A stretch of 64,000 nt of DNA from a bacterium (GTDB lineage: Bacteria; Auribacterota; UBA3054): positions 70,902 to 134,901 of the forward strand of contig JAFYXV010000003.1 of assembly GCA_017557885.1 (NCBI GenBank), in the 5' to 3' direction. Under the pieces are notes generated by a model. It was given only the letters and a program-made list of their open reading frames with translations, ran no database searches and was not told the origin of the DNA. The position numbers were made by a program, and so were the translations under genes. Below are positions 1 to 10,374 of this stretch, piece by piece; position 1 is the first letter of the stretch, and every line of letters begins with the position of its first letter.

Positions 1-422
1 CGCTCTGCATCATTTGGCTTCCTTTGCTTTATGTTCTGCAAGGACTGATGACTTACGGGCTCGGCATTTTCCTGGCCACCGCCACGGCTTATTTCCGCGA
101 CATGATGCAGTTCGTCTCCATCGCGCTGCAGGTCTGGTTCTGGATGACGCCTATCGTTTACTTCAGGGAGCTGACGGAAAGGATAGTCTCCTTCGGCCCG
201 CTGCTTTTGCTCGTCAATCCTTTGTATTACCTTTCCCGCGCTTTTCAGATCCTTTTCTATGAAAACGTGGTCTATTACGATTTCCTGCCCCAGAAACTTC
301 TTCCCAGCCAATCCAGCTTTTTCCCGACCTTGGGTATATTGCTGCTCTGCGGTTTGGTCTTTTCGCTTCTGGGGGATCTTTTCTACCTTAAGCTGAAGAA
401 AGAACTGCCTGACCAGATCTGA
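1..422 (+). CDS. ABC-2 type polysaccharide/O-antigen export permease (Wzm/TagG/KpsM family), C-terminal part; 5' end lies outside the window
   Basis: The open frame continues to the window edge. The multi-TM hydrophobic sequence is typical of ABC-2 permeases. It sits immediately upstream of a Wzt/TagH-type ATPase. Confidence 0.75.
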   Translation, partial: LCIIWLPLLYVLQGLMTYGLGIFLATATAYFRDMMQFVSIALQVWFWMTPIVYFRELTERIVSFGPLLLLVNPLYYLSRAFQILFYENVVYYDFLPQKLLPSQSSFFPTLGILLLCGLVFSLLGDLFYLKLKKELPDQI

Positions 423-423
423 T

Positions 424-2109
424 ATGGAACCTGAAAATGTTATAGAGATAAAAGGACTCTCCAAGCGCTTCAGAGTTTACGACAGACCGCTTGACCGTCT
501 CAAGGAATGGCTGACGCCGATCGGCATGTCCTTCCATTGGGCATACTGGGCTTTGAGGGACGTTGACCTAACAGTCAAGAAGGGGAGTTCTTTGGGCATC
601 ATCGGCGTGAACGGCGCCGGCAAGAGTACGCTTCTGAAGATCCTCTGCGGAACGCTCTCGCCGACCTTCGGCAGCGTTGAAATTAAAGGGCGCATCGCGG
701 GATTGCTTGAACTGGGCTCCGGCTTCCACCCGGAGTTCACGGGACGCCAGAACATTTATTTGAATGCCAGGCTTCTCGGCCTTTCCGACGCTGACATCGA
801 GAAGAAACTGCAGAGCATCGTGGAGTTTGCGGAATTGGGCGACTTCTTAGACCATCCCTTGCGCATCTATTCCACCGGCATGGCGCTTCGACTTGGTTTT
901 TCCGTCGCCGCCAACGTGGATCCGGACATCCTCATAATCGACGAGGCGCTGGCGGTTGGGGACGCTTACTTCCAGCAGAAGTGCCTGAAATATTTGAAGG
1001 ATTTCCGCGCCAAGGGCGGGACGCTCATTTTCGTCAGCCACGACCCAGGCGCGGTGAAGCTGCTTTGCGATAGCGCGGTGCTGCTGCACAAGGGCAGGAT
1101 CGTCGCCAACGACACGCCCGAGAACGTTCTGAATTTTTACAACACGCTGCTTGTCAGAGACGATTCCGACAAGGAATCCTTCATATTGGAGCGCAAGAAA
1201 CTTGAAGCGGAAAATAGCAAGCCCCAGCACTCCGGTTCCTTCGAAGCTTTGATCGAAAAAGTTTCCCTTATCAGCGACAACTGCGAAACAAGAACGCTTT
1301 TCGCCGGACACAAAGCTGAACTCAAGGTCACTGTGAAAGCCCTGAACGACATCGAGCCCCCGACCGTCGGCTTTTCCTTAAGAGACCGCCTGGGCTACGA
1401 AGTTTTGGGCACCAACACCATGCTATTGAAAAAGGAATTGCCCGCCCTCAAAGCCGGCGAAGGCCTGACGGTCGGTTTCGATCTTCCGCCTTTTTTGGGT
1501 CCCGGCGAATACACCGTGACGGTCGCGGCGCACCCCGGCAGGGACCATGTCGAGCATTGCTACGACTGGACGGACAGGATGCTGGCCTTCAAGGTCGCCT
1601 TGGAAGACGAGAGCCAGTGCGTAGGACTTTTGAACATTCCCGTGACAGCCAGTTTTGAGAAAGTCGAAACCGACGGCCGGGACGCCCAGGATATCCTAGA
1701 AAGCGCTTTCTCCGGCGCTTCCTCTGAGATCGCGATCACGGAAGAAACGAACCGCTTCCTGACTACCGGCTTTTATCCGCCGGAAAAAATAGGGGAGAGC
1801 TGCGCTTCCTGGACGGGCGCGAGAGCGGTCTTCGTTCTGAAAAGCGAAAACGCCAAGGGACTCGTGATCCGATGCGCGACCGACGCCAGGCAATTGGAAG
1901 CCGGACCGCTTTCTTTAACTTTGAACGTCAATGGGAAATTTGAGATCACGAAGACCATAACGACTCCCGACTGGCAGGAAGTGGAGTTCCCGTTCGAAAG
2001 TGAAGAGCAGGGGATGCTCAGATGCTCCCTTATGATAAGTTCAACCTTCATTCCCGAAAACGATAAACGCGCGCTTGGCATTCTTGTTTCCAAGATCGCT
2101 CTAAGATGA
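424..2109 (+). CDS. Polysaccharide/teichoic-acid-type ABC exporter ATP-binding protein (Wzt/TagH family) with ~300-aa C-terminal extension
   Basis: It has a Walker A (GVNGAGKSTLLKIL), an ABC signature (YSTGMALRLGFS) and a Walker B (ILIIDEALAVGD). The long C-terminal domain resembles the Wzt substrate-binding extension. Confidence 0.85.
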   Translation: MEPENVIEIKGLSKRFRVYDRPLDRLKEWLTPIGMSFHWAYWALRDVDLTVKKGSSLGIIGVNGAGKSTLLKILCGTLSPTFGSVEIKGRIAGLLELGSGFHPEFTGRQNIYLNARLLGLSDADIEKKLQSIVEFAELGDFLDHPLRIYSTGMALRLGFSVAANVDPDILIIDEALAVGDAYFQQKCLKYLKDFRAKGGTLIFVSHDPGAVKLLCDSAVLLHKGRIVANDTPENVLNFYNTLLVRDDSDKESFILERKKLEAENSKPQHSGSFEALIEKVSLISDNCETRTLFAGHKAELKVTVKALNDIEPPTVGFSLRDRLGYEVLGTNTMLLKKELPALKAGEGLTVGFDLPPFLGPGEYTVTVAAHPGRDHVEHCYDWTDRMLAFKVALEDESQCVGLLNIPVTASFEKVETDGRDAQDILESAFSGASSEIAITEETNRFLTTGFYPPEKIGESCASWTGARAVFVLKSENAKGLVIRCATDARQLEAGPLSLTLNVNGKFEITKTITTPDWQEVEFPFESEEQGMLRCSLMISSTFIPENDKRALGILVSKIALR

Positions 2110-3020
2110 ATATGGAATTTGCTGAACTGAAAGAAAAAGTGGCGAAGCTGAAGGCGGAGAAAAACGCCGTCATTCTCGCTCACTACTACACGCCATATGA
2201 GACGCAGGAGCTCGCCGATTTCGTCGGCGATTCTCTGGAACTCTCAAGACTGGCTGCCAAAACGGACGCCGACACCATCGTCTTTTGCGGCGTGGACTTC
2301 ATGGCGGAAAGCGCCAAGATCCTCTCCCCCCAAAAGACTGTCCTGACGCCGGACCCCAGGGCCAACTGCCCGATGGCCAATATGCTGATGCCCAAGGAAC
2401 TCAGGCGCTACAAGGAGGAGCATCCCGACACCATCGTCGTTGCCTACGTCAACTGTTCAGCGGAAATCAAAGCGGAAGCTTATATCTGCTGCACTTCCGC
2501 CAACGCGGGCAAAGTCGTCGCCTCGCTTCCCAAGGATAAGCCTGTTCTTTTCGTTCCCGACCGCTATCTGGGGACCTTTACGAAAAAGAGCGCGGGCAGG
2601 GAAATGGAAGTCTGGCCGGGCTTCTGCCCGACGCACCAGAGGTTCACCCTGAAGGCCGTCATGGAAGCGAAAGCGCTGCACCCCAAAGCCGAGTTCCTCG
2701 CCCATCCGGAATGCCCGGAGGAAGTCTCCGCGGCGGCCGATTTCGTAGGCTCCACTTCCGCCATCATCAAGCGCTGCATGGAAAGCAAGAGCGAAGAGTT
2801 CATCATCGGGACCGAGCAGGGCGTTCTGAAAGCTATCAGGGAAAAAGCGCCAACGAAGAAAGTTTATCCGCTGTTGGAGGGCAACGTCTGCCCGAACATG
2901 AAGCTTATGACGCCGATGAAGGTCTTGTGGACCTTAGAAGACAACGAATATGAGATCAAGGTCAAAGAAGAGACCAGAATAAAAGCCAAAGAAGCGCTGG
3001 ACAGAATGCTGGCGCTCTGA
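2106..3020 (+). CDS. nadA: Quinolinate synthase A
   Basis: The length and the motifs (AHYYTP..., CxxC regions) are typical of NadA. Its start overlaps the preceding stop by 4 nt. Confidence 0.88.
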   Translation: MNMEFAELKEKVAKLKAEKNAVILAHYYTPYETQELADFVGDSLELSRLAAKTDADTIVFCGVDFMAESAKILSPQKTVLTPDPRANCPMANMLMPKELRRYKEEHPDTIVVAYVNCSAEIKAEAYICCTSANAGKVVASLPKDKPVLFVPDRYLGTFTKKSAGREMEVWPGFCPTHQRFTLKAVMEAKALHPKAEFLAHPECPEEVSAAADFVGSTSAIIKRCMESKSEEFIIGTEQGVLKAIREKAPTKKVYPLLEGNVCPNMKLMTPMKVLWTLEDNEYEIKVKEETRIKAKEALDRMLAL

Positions 3021-3030
3021 AGAGGGGACA

Positions 3031-4911
3031 ATGGAAAAACTTGTTAAATTTGAGGTCGGAAAATCAGCCAAGGAAAGATCCTTGCTAATCTCCTTCGGGG
3101 AGTGCCAGGCTGAGCTTCGCTTTGCGGGAAAGCTCAGAGGACGGGACGTTTTGGCTTTCGACTGTTTTACGGAAACGCTCACGTACCAGAAAGCGGAAGT
3201 AAAAAAAGGCCATGCGCTCTTTAGCGGATCGACGCCCTACGGCGCCGCCAAGGCGGAGATCTTTCTGCAGAGCGCCGCGGCTCTGAAGGTCAAAGCTTCC
3301 ATAACCCTTAAGAACCAGGCCCAACTGGACGCCTTTTACTTCATTCTCCAGGGAAAGGTTGGCCAGAAGGTCCTGACGCCCTACGAAACGAAGAAAAGCT
3401 GGTATTCCGGCGAATGGCCGACGCCCTGCGGCGTCCTGAAAGAAAAGGAAGACGCGTTTGTCTTTTTGGTCGCGCCGGAAACTTTCGCAAAGCGTCAGGA
3501 ATGGCTAAGCCAGATAGAAGCTGGCGAACGGTCTTTGCGCTTCGGCACTGATTACGAGCGCTCCTGGCCCCTGAACGGATACCCCAGAAGCCGAAAACTG
3601 GAGTTCGTTTTCTATATCATCGGCACGAGCGTCAACTCTTTGCCCGGCGCGCTTACCCAGGCCGCCTGGCAGTTGGCGAAATTAGAAAACCCAACGACAC
3701 TTGTCGATTTCAAAAAACTGGAAAAGGAAGCCCAGCAGGAACTGAAGGTCCTTGTGGAAAAACTTTCCGCTCCGCCTGACCAGGCGGAAGCGCCCATATC
3801 TTTCGGCAAACTCTTGGGCGCCGCTTTCGCGCTTGCCAAAGCTGCGAAAACGAACGGCCAGAAAATTCCCGCAGCCGCGGAAAAAGCGCTGCAGCTTTAC
3901 AAGAAGGCTCCGCGCTTCAAATCGCTTCCGCCCGCCAACTATCCCTATCCCGGAACTTTCAAGAAGTCCGGCGAACCGGAGATCAATCTTTCCGAGATTG
4001 CCAGGGCCGCCTACTGGCTCGCCAGATGGGAGAATGAAATTGGCGCCACCGGCTTCAAGGACGAACTGAAGAACCTCAAGAAAGAGCTCATCGCCCGCCG
4101 CCACCGCGGCGGCTATATCCCGGAAGTGCTGGAGTCCGCCACAAATCACATCAAGAAGGGCTATTCCAAGAAACGCACCTCCCCCTGGGCGGTGCTTTTC
4201 TTAGAAGAGATCGGCTGCGATAAGGAAATCTATACGCCTCTGCTTAACACCATCACAAGAGAGCTGCTGGTCAAACGGTCAGGATCCTCCGCGGAAGAGC
4301 TTATTTTCGCCGCCAGCGCGGCCGCAAAGGCCTTCAGCCTTACGGGAAGGGAAAACTACCGGGCCAACTGCGTAAAGCTTGTTTACCGCCTCGCAGGGCG
4401 CCAGCAGACCTACCAGCCGCATTATCTGAAAGCGCCAGTTTGCGGACTGATCTCGGGCACGGAAGCGCTCGACTTCTCGGAATCAGCGCTCCCCGCTGCT
4501 TTGCCTCTTTTCCTAACCGCACAGAAAGTGAGCGGCGCCAGGATGTTCGAGGAGCGCGGCAAAGCGCTTTTAAATGCAATTATGAAGAGGGAAGGCTATT
4601 TCGTCTGCAAACCTTATTCCTCCCTTCCGGAACAGAAGAGCCAAACCGCCGCTTCGCCTCTTGAGAAGACCGCTCTTCTTCTTGCGGCTATGGAAATAAA
4701 GGAGACTTTCGGCGACGTAACGATCATCCCGGCGCAGAAGAGGGCAAGCGCTTTCTTCGAAGCCGAGGAACCGAAACTGGAAAAAGAACTCCTGGGCTAC
4801 CGCCTGACCATAAATTCCAAGGAAAAACGCCCGTTGACCGTAAAGAACGAGAACGGCAAAACCTGGAACTTCATTTTGAAAAAAGGCCTCAATCAGATAG
4901 AACTCTACTAA
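3031..4911 (+). CDS. Hypothetical cytoplasmic protein (626 aa), no recognisable domain
   Basis: It is a long ORF in the coding direction of its neighbours. It has no signal peptide and is Lys/Ala-rich. Confidence 0.55.
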   Translation: MEKLVKFEVGKSAKERSLLISFGECQAELRFAGKLRGRDVLAFDCFTETLTYQKAEVKKGHALFSGSTPYGAAKAEIFLQSAAALKVKASITLKNQAQLDAFYFILQGKVGQKVLTPYETKKSWYSGEWPTPCGVLKEKEDAFVFLVAPETFAKRQEWLSQIEAGERSLRFGTDYERSWPLNGYPRSRKLEFVFYIIGTSVNSLPGALTQAAWQLAKLENPTTLVDFKKLEKEAQQELKVLVEKLSAPPDQAEAPISFGKLLGAAFALAKAAKTNGQKIPAAAEKALQLYKKAPRFKSLPPANYPYPGTFKKSGEPEINLSEIARAAYWLARWENEIGATGFKDELKNLKKELIARRHRGGYIPEVLESATNHIKKGYSKKRTSPWAVLFLEEIGCDKEIYTPLLNTITRELLVKRSGSSAEELIFAASAAAKAFSLTGRENYRANCVKLVYRLAGRQQTYQPHYLKAPVCGLISGTEALDFSESALPAALPLFLTAQKVSGARMFEERGKALLNAIMKREGYFVCKPYSSLPEQKSQTAASPLEKTALLLAAMEIKETFGDVTIIPAQKRASAFFEAEEPKLEKELLGYRLTINSKEKRPLTVKNENGKTWNFILKKGLNQIELY

Positions 4912-4918
4912 GGACATT

Positions 4919-7900
4919 ATGAAAAAGTTGCTTTTTGCGATCGCAATCACTGCGTTTACAGCCCTTGCCGGCAGTCTTAATTTCGACCTGAGGGACGGCA
5001 GCATCCCCGCCTCGGCCACGCCCGACAACAACACTTACCTTGCGGCCGAACAGTACCAGACTGCGCTCCTTGATTCCAAGATAGGGGACACCGTCACTTT
5101 CGCCACGCCGGAAGGGACCTTTAAGGGCGTAGTGGACCTTGCCTACAAAGACATCAACGGCGTAGTAGTGAGAGCCGGCGACGTAGAGGATCAGGGCGGA
5201 ACTTTCATCATCACCTTCTGCGGCGACTATCTTTGCGGACACATCGAGAACCTCGACCTTGGCCGCGACATCAAGTGGGAGTACACGGAAGGCGGCGTCC
5301 AGACCATAAACAACGCCTCTTTTAGTGAAGCCGACGAAGGCTTTCTCCCCGGCAGCGAGCTCCCGGATCCAAGGGCGCTTGTCAATACTTCGGGGAACGA
5401 CATTGAAAAAGACGACGTCGAATACTTTGACTATAAGGACGATGAGATTGATTACGTGCGCTTAGCCGTTTTCTACACTCCGAAATCGCTGGAGTACGCC
5501 GGCAGCCACAACAGGATCAACACCTTCATCGCCCAGGGCATCGCCAAGGGCAACGAGTGCCTCCAGAACTCCCTTATCAACACCCGCCTTTATCTTGCCC
5601 ACTCCCAGCAGTGGAACTACGAGGAAGCCGGCAGCTCTTACACCGACCTATCAAACTTCACCAACGCCAGGAACGGCTGGGAAGGCGTGTATGAAGTCAG
5701 GAACGCGGTCGGCGCCGACCTCTGCACGATCGTGGCCTACGTCCACGATGTCGGCGGCCTCGCTTACGTCAACGGCAGCACTACCGGCATGCCGGATTCC
5801 AGCTACCACCTTATCCGCGTTCTGCAGATGACCGGCGACTCCTGGGTGCATGAGATGGGCCACAACATCGGCTGCAACCACGCCTATGAGCAGGACAGTC
5901 AGCCTGGCCCCGCCTCCGGCGGCGTCTTCGGCCACTCCTTGGGCTACTACTTCACCGGCGCCACCGATCACGGCCATTACGGCACGGTCATGGCTTACGA
6001 CCAGGGCGACTACCACCGCTGCGACTATTTCTCCGCCACGAACGTTTACTTCAAGGGAACGCTCGTCGGCTACGAATCCCGCAACAATGCTCTTACCTGG
6101 AACAAGATCAGGAAAGTCGCCAGGACCTACCGCACGATCCCGACTCCGACTTACGGTGAACTGGCTTACGAGGGCTTCAATTATCCCGCCGGCGAACGCT
6201 TGGATCTCAAAACGGGAGGCCAGGGCTGGAACAACGGCTGGAAGCCAACTACCGCCGACGTCTATGCTACTTCCGACGAATCGCTGGAATATTCGGACGG
6301 CGTGAACCAGCTCGCCACTTCGCCCGGCTGCCTTAAGCTTAACGGCGAATCTATTGACCTCAGCCGCATGCCCAACCAGACTTTCGGGGAGGGCTTCCAT
6401 TACAGCAAGCTCGGCGAGACCAACATGTGGATCTCCCTGCTTCTGAAGCCCACCTCCGACACCCACGGCAGAGTCTATTTCAACGTCGTCGGCAACAACG
6501 CCGGCATCACCCATGACGACCTTTACGCTTTCAACTCCTACGATCCTATTACGGAGGTTCATCCCGTTACCGACCAGACGGACCTCCTGCTCATCCGTTA
6601 TGAATTTAATTCCAGCGGCGCTTGCCCTGCCACGATGTGGGTGAACCCCAAGCTGGGCGTCGCTCCCAACGAGGAGGACGCCGTCGCCAGAACAGATTTC
6701 AACGTTTACTATTCCGGCTACAAGGACATAAACATCTACGCCTCTTCCGCCAAGTTCTGCATCGACGAACTGAGAGTCGGCTTCAGCGCGGAAAGCGTCC
6801 TCCCGATCAAAGCACCTCTCATCTCCGCCACTCAGGATGCCGCTGCCGAATCTATCACCGTAAGCTGGTTCGCCGACGCCGCCCAGCAGAAAGTCACCAT
6901 TTACCGCTCCGAATCCAAGGACTTCTCCGAGGCTGCGCAAATTGCCGAACTGACTGAAGGCACAGGCTTGACCGACGCCGACGTTGAAAGCGGCAAGCTT
7001 TACTTCTACTGGGCCGAAGGCAAGTACTCCGATTCCGCCGATACAAGAGCCGTAGGACCTGCCATGGGTTACGCCGGAACGCCGAAGATCACCGCCACCG
7101 CCAATGGCCCTTACGTCATCCAAAAAGGCGAAGACGTAACCTTTACTGCGGAAGGCTCGCTAGGCGTTGCGCTCACATACTCTTGGTCCTGCTACAAGGA
7201 CACGACGGACTTCTCGCCCTTCCTCAGTGAATTCGTAAGGACCAACAACTTCAAGCCCGGCACCTACGACGTGACGCTGACCGTAAAGGATTTGCTGCTC
7301 ACCAACGCCGACCCTCAGACTGTCACCACCCAGCTCATCGTCAAGAACGCCGATCCCACCATAAGCTTCGAGAAGAGCGAATACGAGGTCGCCTGCGGCG
7401 TGCCCACCGTCTTCCATGCCGTCGTCAAGGATCCGATGCCCCAGGACAAGTTCCAGTACTGCTTCAGGACCGATGACGCTGCGGAATTCAGCGAGTGGAC
7501 CGACTCCTCTTACTTCACCGCCACCTATGACGAGCCGGACTCCACCCACACCATGACCTGCATAGTGGCCGACAACTATGGCGGCACCAACACCTGCACG
7601 ACGACCGTCAAAGTAGGGAAGAGGGAAGCCATCATGTCCGCCGAGCCCGCAATACTCGACTTCCAGGAAACAGACACCCTCATCCTGAGAGTCATCAACT
7701 CCGGCGTCGAACCCTACCAGCTCGACATCACTGACATTCCCGCCGGCTTCAGCGTTTATCCCAGGAACGTCGTCGTCAGCAACGGCGTAGCCGTTCTCTT
7801 AGTCAAATGCGACAGGGAATTCATCCGCAAGAACGCTACCGGCTCTTACACAGGCGCTCTTCCTCTCGGCTTCAAGGACGTCACACTGAAGCTCAATAAG

Positions 7901-9754
7901 CCGAATTCCTATACTATCGCCATCAACCCCAATGGCCCGTACACCGTAAAGAGGGGAGACACGCTCCTTCTCTCCGCCAACGGCACCTCCGCTTCCGACG
8001 GCCTCAAATATCTCTGGAGCGTAGATAACACAGAGATCGATTCTCCCAGTGAAGAAAACTACTTGGCGTACTATACTCCTACGGACATAGAGGCCGGCGA
8101 ACACGAAGTCACGCTCTCCGTTTTGGGCTATGACGATAAGGTCCTCACCAACGCCGTCACTACTTTGACGGTCATGGAAGCTCAACCGGAAATGCTTTTG
8201 AACGTCAAAGAAATCAATGACAAAGAAGTCACTCTTGACGTATTGCTTTCCGGCAACGGCGCAGTCCAGGCCCGCACTCCTAAGATCCAGTCCGGATGGT
8301 TCGGCGAAGGCGAGATCAAACTAACCTTTGAGGCCGACAATTGCTACCGCGAGACCTTCGATGTCAAGGATGAATTCGGGCAGACCAACACGTACCATTA
8401 TGTCTTCGACTTCAGGAAGGAAGTTCCCGCGTTCCTTCCCAAGATCAGCAGCAACGCCTCAGGACAGATCGATTTCGGAAAAACGCTTAAATTGACTTCC
8501 ACCATCGAAACTGACTATACCGGCGAACTGAAGTACTACTGGAAAGAATGGAACGGCAACCCGACTAAGAACGCCCTCCTTACCCCCAACGAAAAGGATA
8601 CGGACACGACGCAGCTCCTTCCCGGCGAATACTTCTTCTCGCTTTACGTTTCCGACGGCAAGTACCTCAGCCTTCCCGCCACCATAAAAGTGACGGTCTC
8701 CGGTTACAAAGGCTTGCTCTATTCCGCCAACGGAACCGAAGTCTTCTTCCTCAACGACGCCCAGATCGCTTCCGACCAATCCTCTTGCATGAGTGAGCCC
8801 AACGGCACGTTTGCCTCCGACTCGACTTCCGTCACTTATCAGCGTCTTGATTCCAAAACCGCGCATCTCACTCTCACGCAAGGCTACGGATCTTTTGTGA
8901 AGCCCGTTCGCATCATAGGCGGGAACTGGAATCTCATCTCCGGCACGGTCGTCACCAACTTCCCCTGGGGCGAAGGACCGATTGAGGGCGTAATAGTCAC
9001 GGCCATCAACAAAGCCATGTTTGTCAGCACAACAACTGACGCCAAAGGCTCTTTTGCCATTCTTATGCCTGAGAACGCCGGCCCCACCACCATTACCTTC
9101 GCCAAGCAGAACTGCGCCTTCCAGCCCATCGAAGTCAGCGAATCTTCCACATTGAAAGTCGTTCCCGAAAAGAGCGAGGGCAACAGCAACTCCTACCTCT
9201 ATCTAACGGTTATCGACAAGGAGTCCTCCTTCTTCATGGAGGGCGTCACGGTAAACTGCTTCGGCATCACTGGACGCACCAACAATAAGGGCGTCACCTC
9301 CAACATCTCCGCCCCCAAGGGAACGGACTCCGTAATCATCTCCATGGACGGCTACGACACTGTCGCGACCAACTTCGCTTTCGCGGGCACCTCCACCATG
9401 CGCAAAGTGGCCCTTGCCAGAACCCAGGGCAGAAGAGTAGACAGCCTTGACGTCATAATAAGAGACACTGATGCCAAGCTCGTCGAAGCCGACCAGTTCC
9501 GCCTGGTTTCTTCCACGACTTCCAGCATCATCGTCAACTATGCGAACGAAGTTTCTCCCTTGCTTTCCATCCCGACGATAGCCGGCCAGAAAGTCATCAT
9601 CCGCGCGCAGAAATCCGGTTACGACAATTTCGCCGAGACTCTGGTCCTTGACAACTACGTCTCAAAAGACATTGTCCTTACTCCCGAGCCCGCAGCCTTA
9701 ACCATCTTAGCCATCATTTTAGCCCTAGCCGTTAAGAGGAATAGATCTCTATGA
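4919..9754 (+). CDS. Giant secreted zinc metalloprotease (metzincin, HExxHxxGxxH) with multiple Ig-like/PKD-like and CarboxypepD_reg-like repeats and C-terminal PEP-CTERM sorting signal
   Basis: It has a signal peptide (MKKLLFAIAITAFTALAG). The motif VHEMGHNIGCNH lies at nt 5859-5891. Repeated ~90-aa beta-rich modules follow. The C-terminus reads PEPAALTILAIILALAVKRNRSL (PEP + TM + basic tail). Confidence 0.85.
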   Translation: MKKLLFAIAITAFTALAGSLNFDLRDGSIPASATPDNNTYLAAEQYQTALLDSKIGDTVTFATPEGTFKGVVDLAYKDINGVVVRAGDVEDQGGTFIITFCGDYLCGHIENLDLGRDIKWEYTEGGVQTINNASFSEADEGFLPGSELPDPRALVNTSGNDIEKDDVEYFDYKDDEIDYVRLAVFYTPKSLEYAGSHNRINTFIAQGIAKGNECLQNSLINTRLYLAHSQQWNYEEAGSSYTDLSNFTNARNGWEGVYEVRNAVGADLCTIVAYVHDVGGLAYVNGSTTGMPDSSYHLIRVLQMTGDSWVHEMGHNIGCNHAYEQDSQPGPASGGVFGHSLGYYFTGATDHGHYGTVMAYDQGDYHRCDYFSATNVYFKGTLVGYESRNNALTWNKIRKVARTYRTIPTPTYGELAYEGFNYPAGERLDLKTGGQGWNNGWKPTTADVYATSDESLEYSDGVNQLATSPGCLKLNGESIDLSRMPNQTFGEGFHYSKLGETNMWISLLLKPTSDTHGRVYFNVVGNNAGITHDDLYAFNSYDPITEVHPVTDQTDLLLIRYEFNSSGACPATMWVNPKLGVAPNEEDAVARTDFNVYYSGYKDINIYASSAKFCIDELRVGFSAESVLPIKAPLISATQDAAAESITVSWFADAAQQKVTIYRSESKDFSEAAQIAELTEGTGLTDADVESGKLYFYWAEGKYSDSADTRAVGPAMGYAGTPKITATANGPYVIQKGEDVTFTAEGSLGVALTYSWSCYKDTTDFSPFLSEFVRTNNFKPGTYDVTLTVKDLLLTNADPQTVTTQLIVKNADPTISFEKSEYEVACGVPTVFHAVVKDPMPQDKFQYCFRTDDAAEFSEWTDSSYFTATYDEPDSTHTMTCIVADNYGGTNTCTTTVKVGKREAIMSAEPAILDFQETDTLILRVINSGVEPYQLDITDIPAGFSVYPRNVVVSNGVAVLLVKCDREFIRKNATGSYTGALPLGFKDVTLKLNKPNSYTIAINPNGPYTVKRGDTLLLSANGTSASDGLKYLWSVDNTEIDSPSEENYLAYYTPTDIEAGEHEVTLSVLGYDDKVLTNAVTTLTVMEAQPEMLLNVKEINDKEVTLDVLLSGNGAVQARTPKIQSGWFGEGEIKLTFEADNCYRETFDVKDEFGQTNTYHYVFDFRKEVPAFLPKISSNASGQIDFGKTLKLTSTIETDYTGELKYYWKEWNGNPTKNALLTPNEKDTDTTQLLPGEYFFSLYVSDGKYLSLPATIKVTVSGYKGLLYSANGTEVFFLNDAQIASDQSSCMSEPNGTFASDSTSVTYQRLDSKTAHLTLTQGYGSFVKPVRIIGGNWNLISGTVVTNFPWGEGPIEGVIVTAINKAMFVSTTTDAKGSFAILMPENAGPTTITFAKQNCAFQPIEVSESSTLKVVPEKSEGNSNSYLYLTVIDKESSFFMEGVTVNCFGITGRTNNKGVTSNISAPKGTDSVIISMDGYDTVATNFAFAGTSTMRKVALARTQGRRVDSLDVIIRDTDAKLVEADQFRLVSSTTSSIIVNYANEVSPLLSIPTIAGQKVIIRAQKSGYDNFAETLVLDNYVSKDIVLTPEPAALTILAIILALAVKRNRSL

Positions 9755-10374
9755 CGCTCTTCTTTGACTTCTGGGAAAAAGGCGGTTTTTTCGTCTATCC
9801 CTTGCTCTTTTGCGCCCTGGTCTCCATCTGGATCTTCGTGCAGCGCTATTTCCATTTCTGGCGCGCCACGATCGACGTTAGGGAATTCACCGGCGGCATC
9901 GCAAATCTGGTGAGGGCCAACCGTATTGCGGAGGCCGTTTCCCTCTGCGCCACGACGCCCGGACCAGTGGCGGCCATTTTGCATTCCGCGCTTCTCTGCT
10001 ACGGGGAATCGAAGGCTCAGATCCTGGAGGCCCTGGACAGGACCGCTCAGATCGAGATCAACAGATTGGACCACAATCTTTCGGTCCTGGCCTCTTTGGC
10101 CCGCATAACGCCTCTCATCGGCCTTCTGGGGACCATCGCGGGCATCATCAATCTCTTTTACACCATTCAGATCGAATCGCCCTTCGTGCAGCAGGCCTCC
10201 CTGGCCAAGGGGCTCTGGCAGGCGCTTATAACCACCGCTTTGGGGCTTATCATCGCCATACCTGACCATTTCGCCTTCGATTACCTGACGAGCCGTGTCA
10301 GGCATTTCGTGGACGACATGTCGCTTGCTTCTTCGGAAATAACGGAGCTTCTTTTGGAAAAGGAAAATGCCTAG
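9751..10374 (+). CDS. exbB: MotA/TolQ/ExbB proton-channel family protein
   Basis: It has three TM helices and ExbB/TolQ-like sequence. Its ATG overlaps the stop of the upstream giant ORF (ATGA). Confidence 0.85.
   Translation: MTLFFDFWEKGGFFVYPLLFCALVSIWIFVQRYFHFWRATIDVREFTGGIANLVRANRIAEAVSLCATTPGPVAAILHSALLCYGESKAQILEALDRTAQIEINRLDHNLSVLASLARITPLIGLLGTIAGIINLFYTIQIESPFVQQASLAKGLWQALITTALGLIIAIPDHFAFDYLTSRVRHFVDDMSLASSEITELLLEKENA

Noticed and set aside
5651-7123. 490-aa antisense ORF inside the giant protease gene. Similar long antisense ORFs occur at 21000-22514, 26857-28386, 15998-17431 and 51477-52709.
   Set aside because: They are Gly/Ala/Val/Arg-rich translations typical of the reverse frame of GC-rich coding DNA. 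Each overlaps a gene with clear homology and has no start context of its own.
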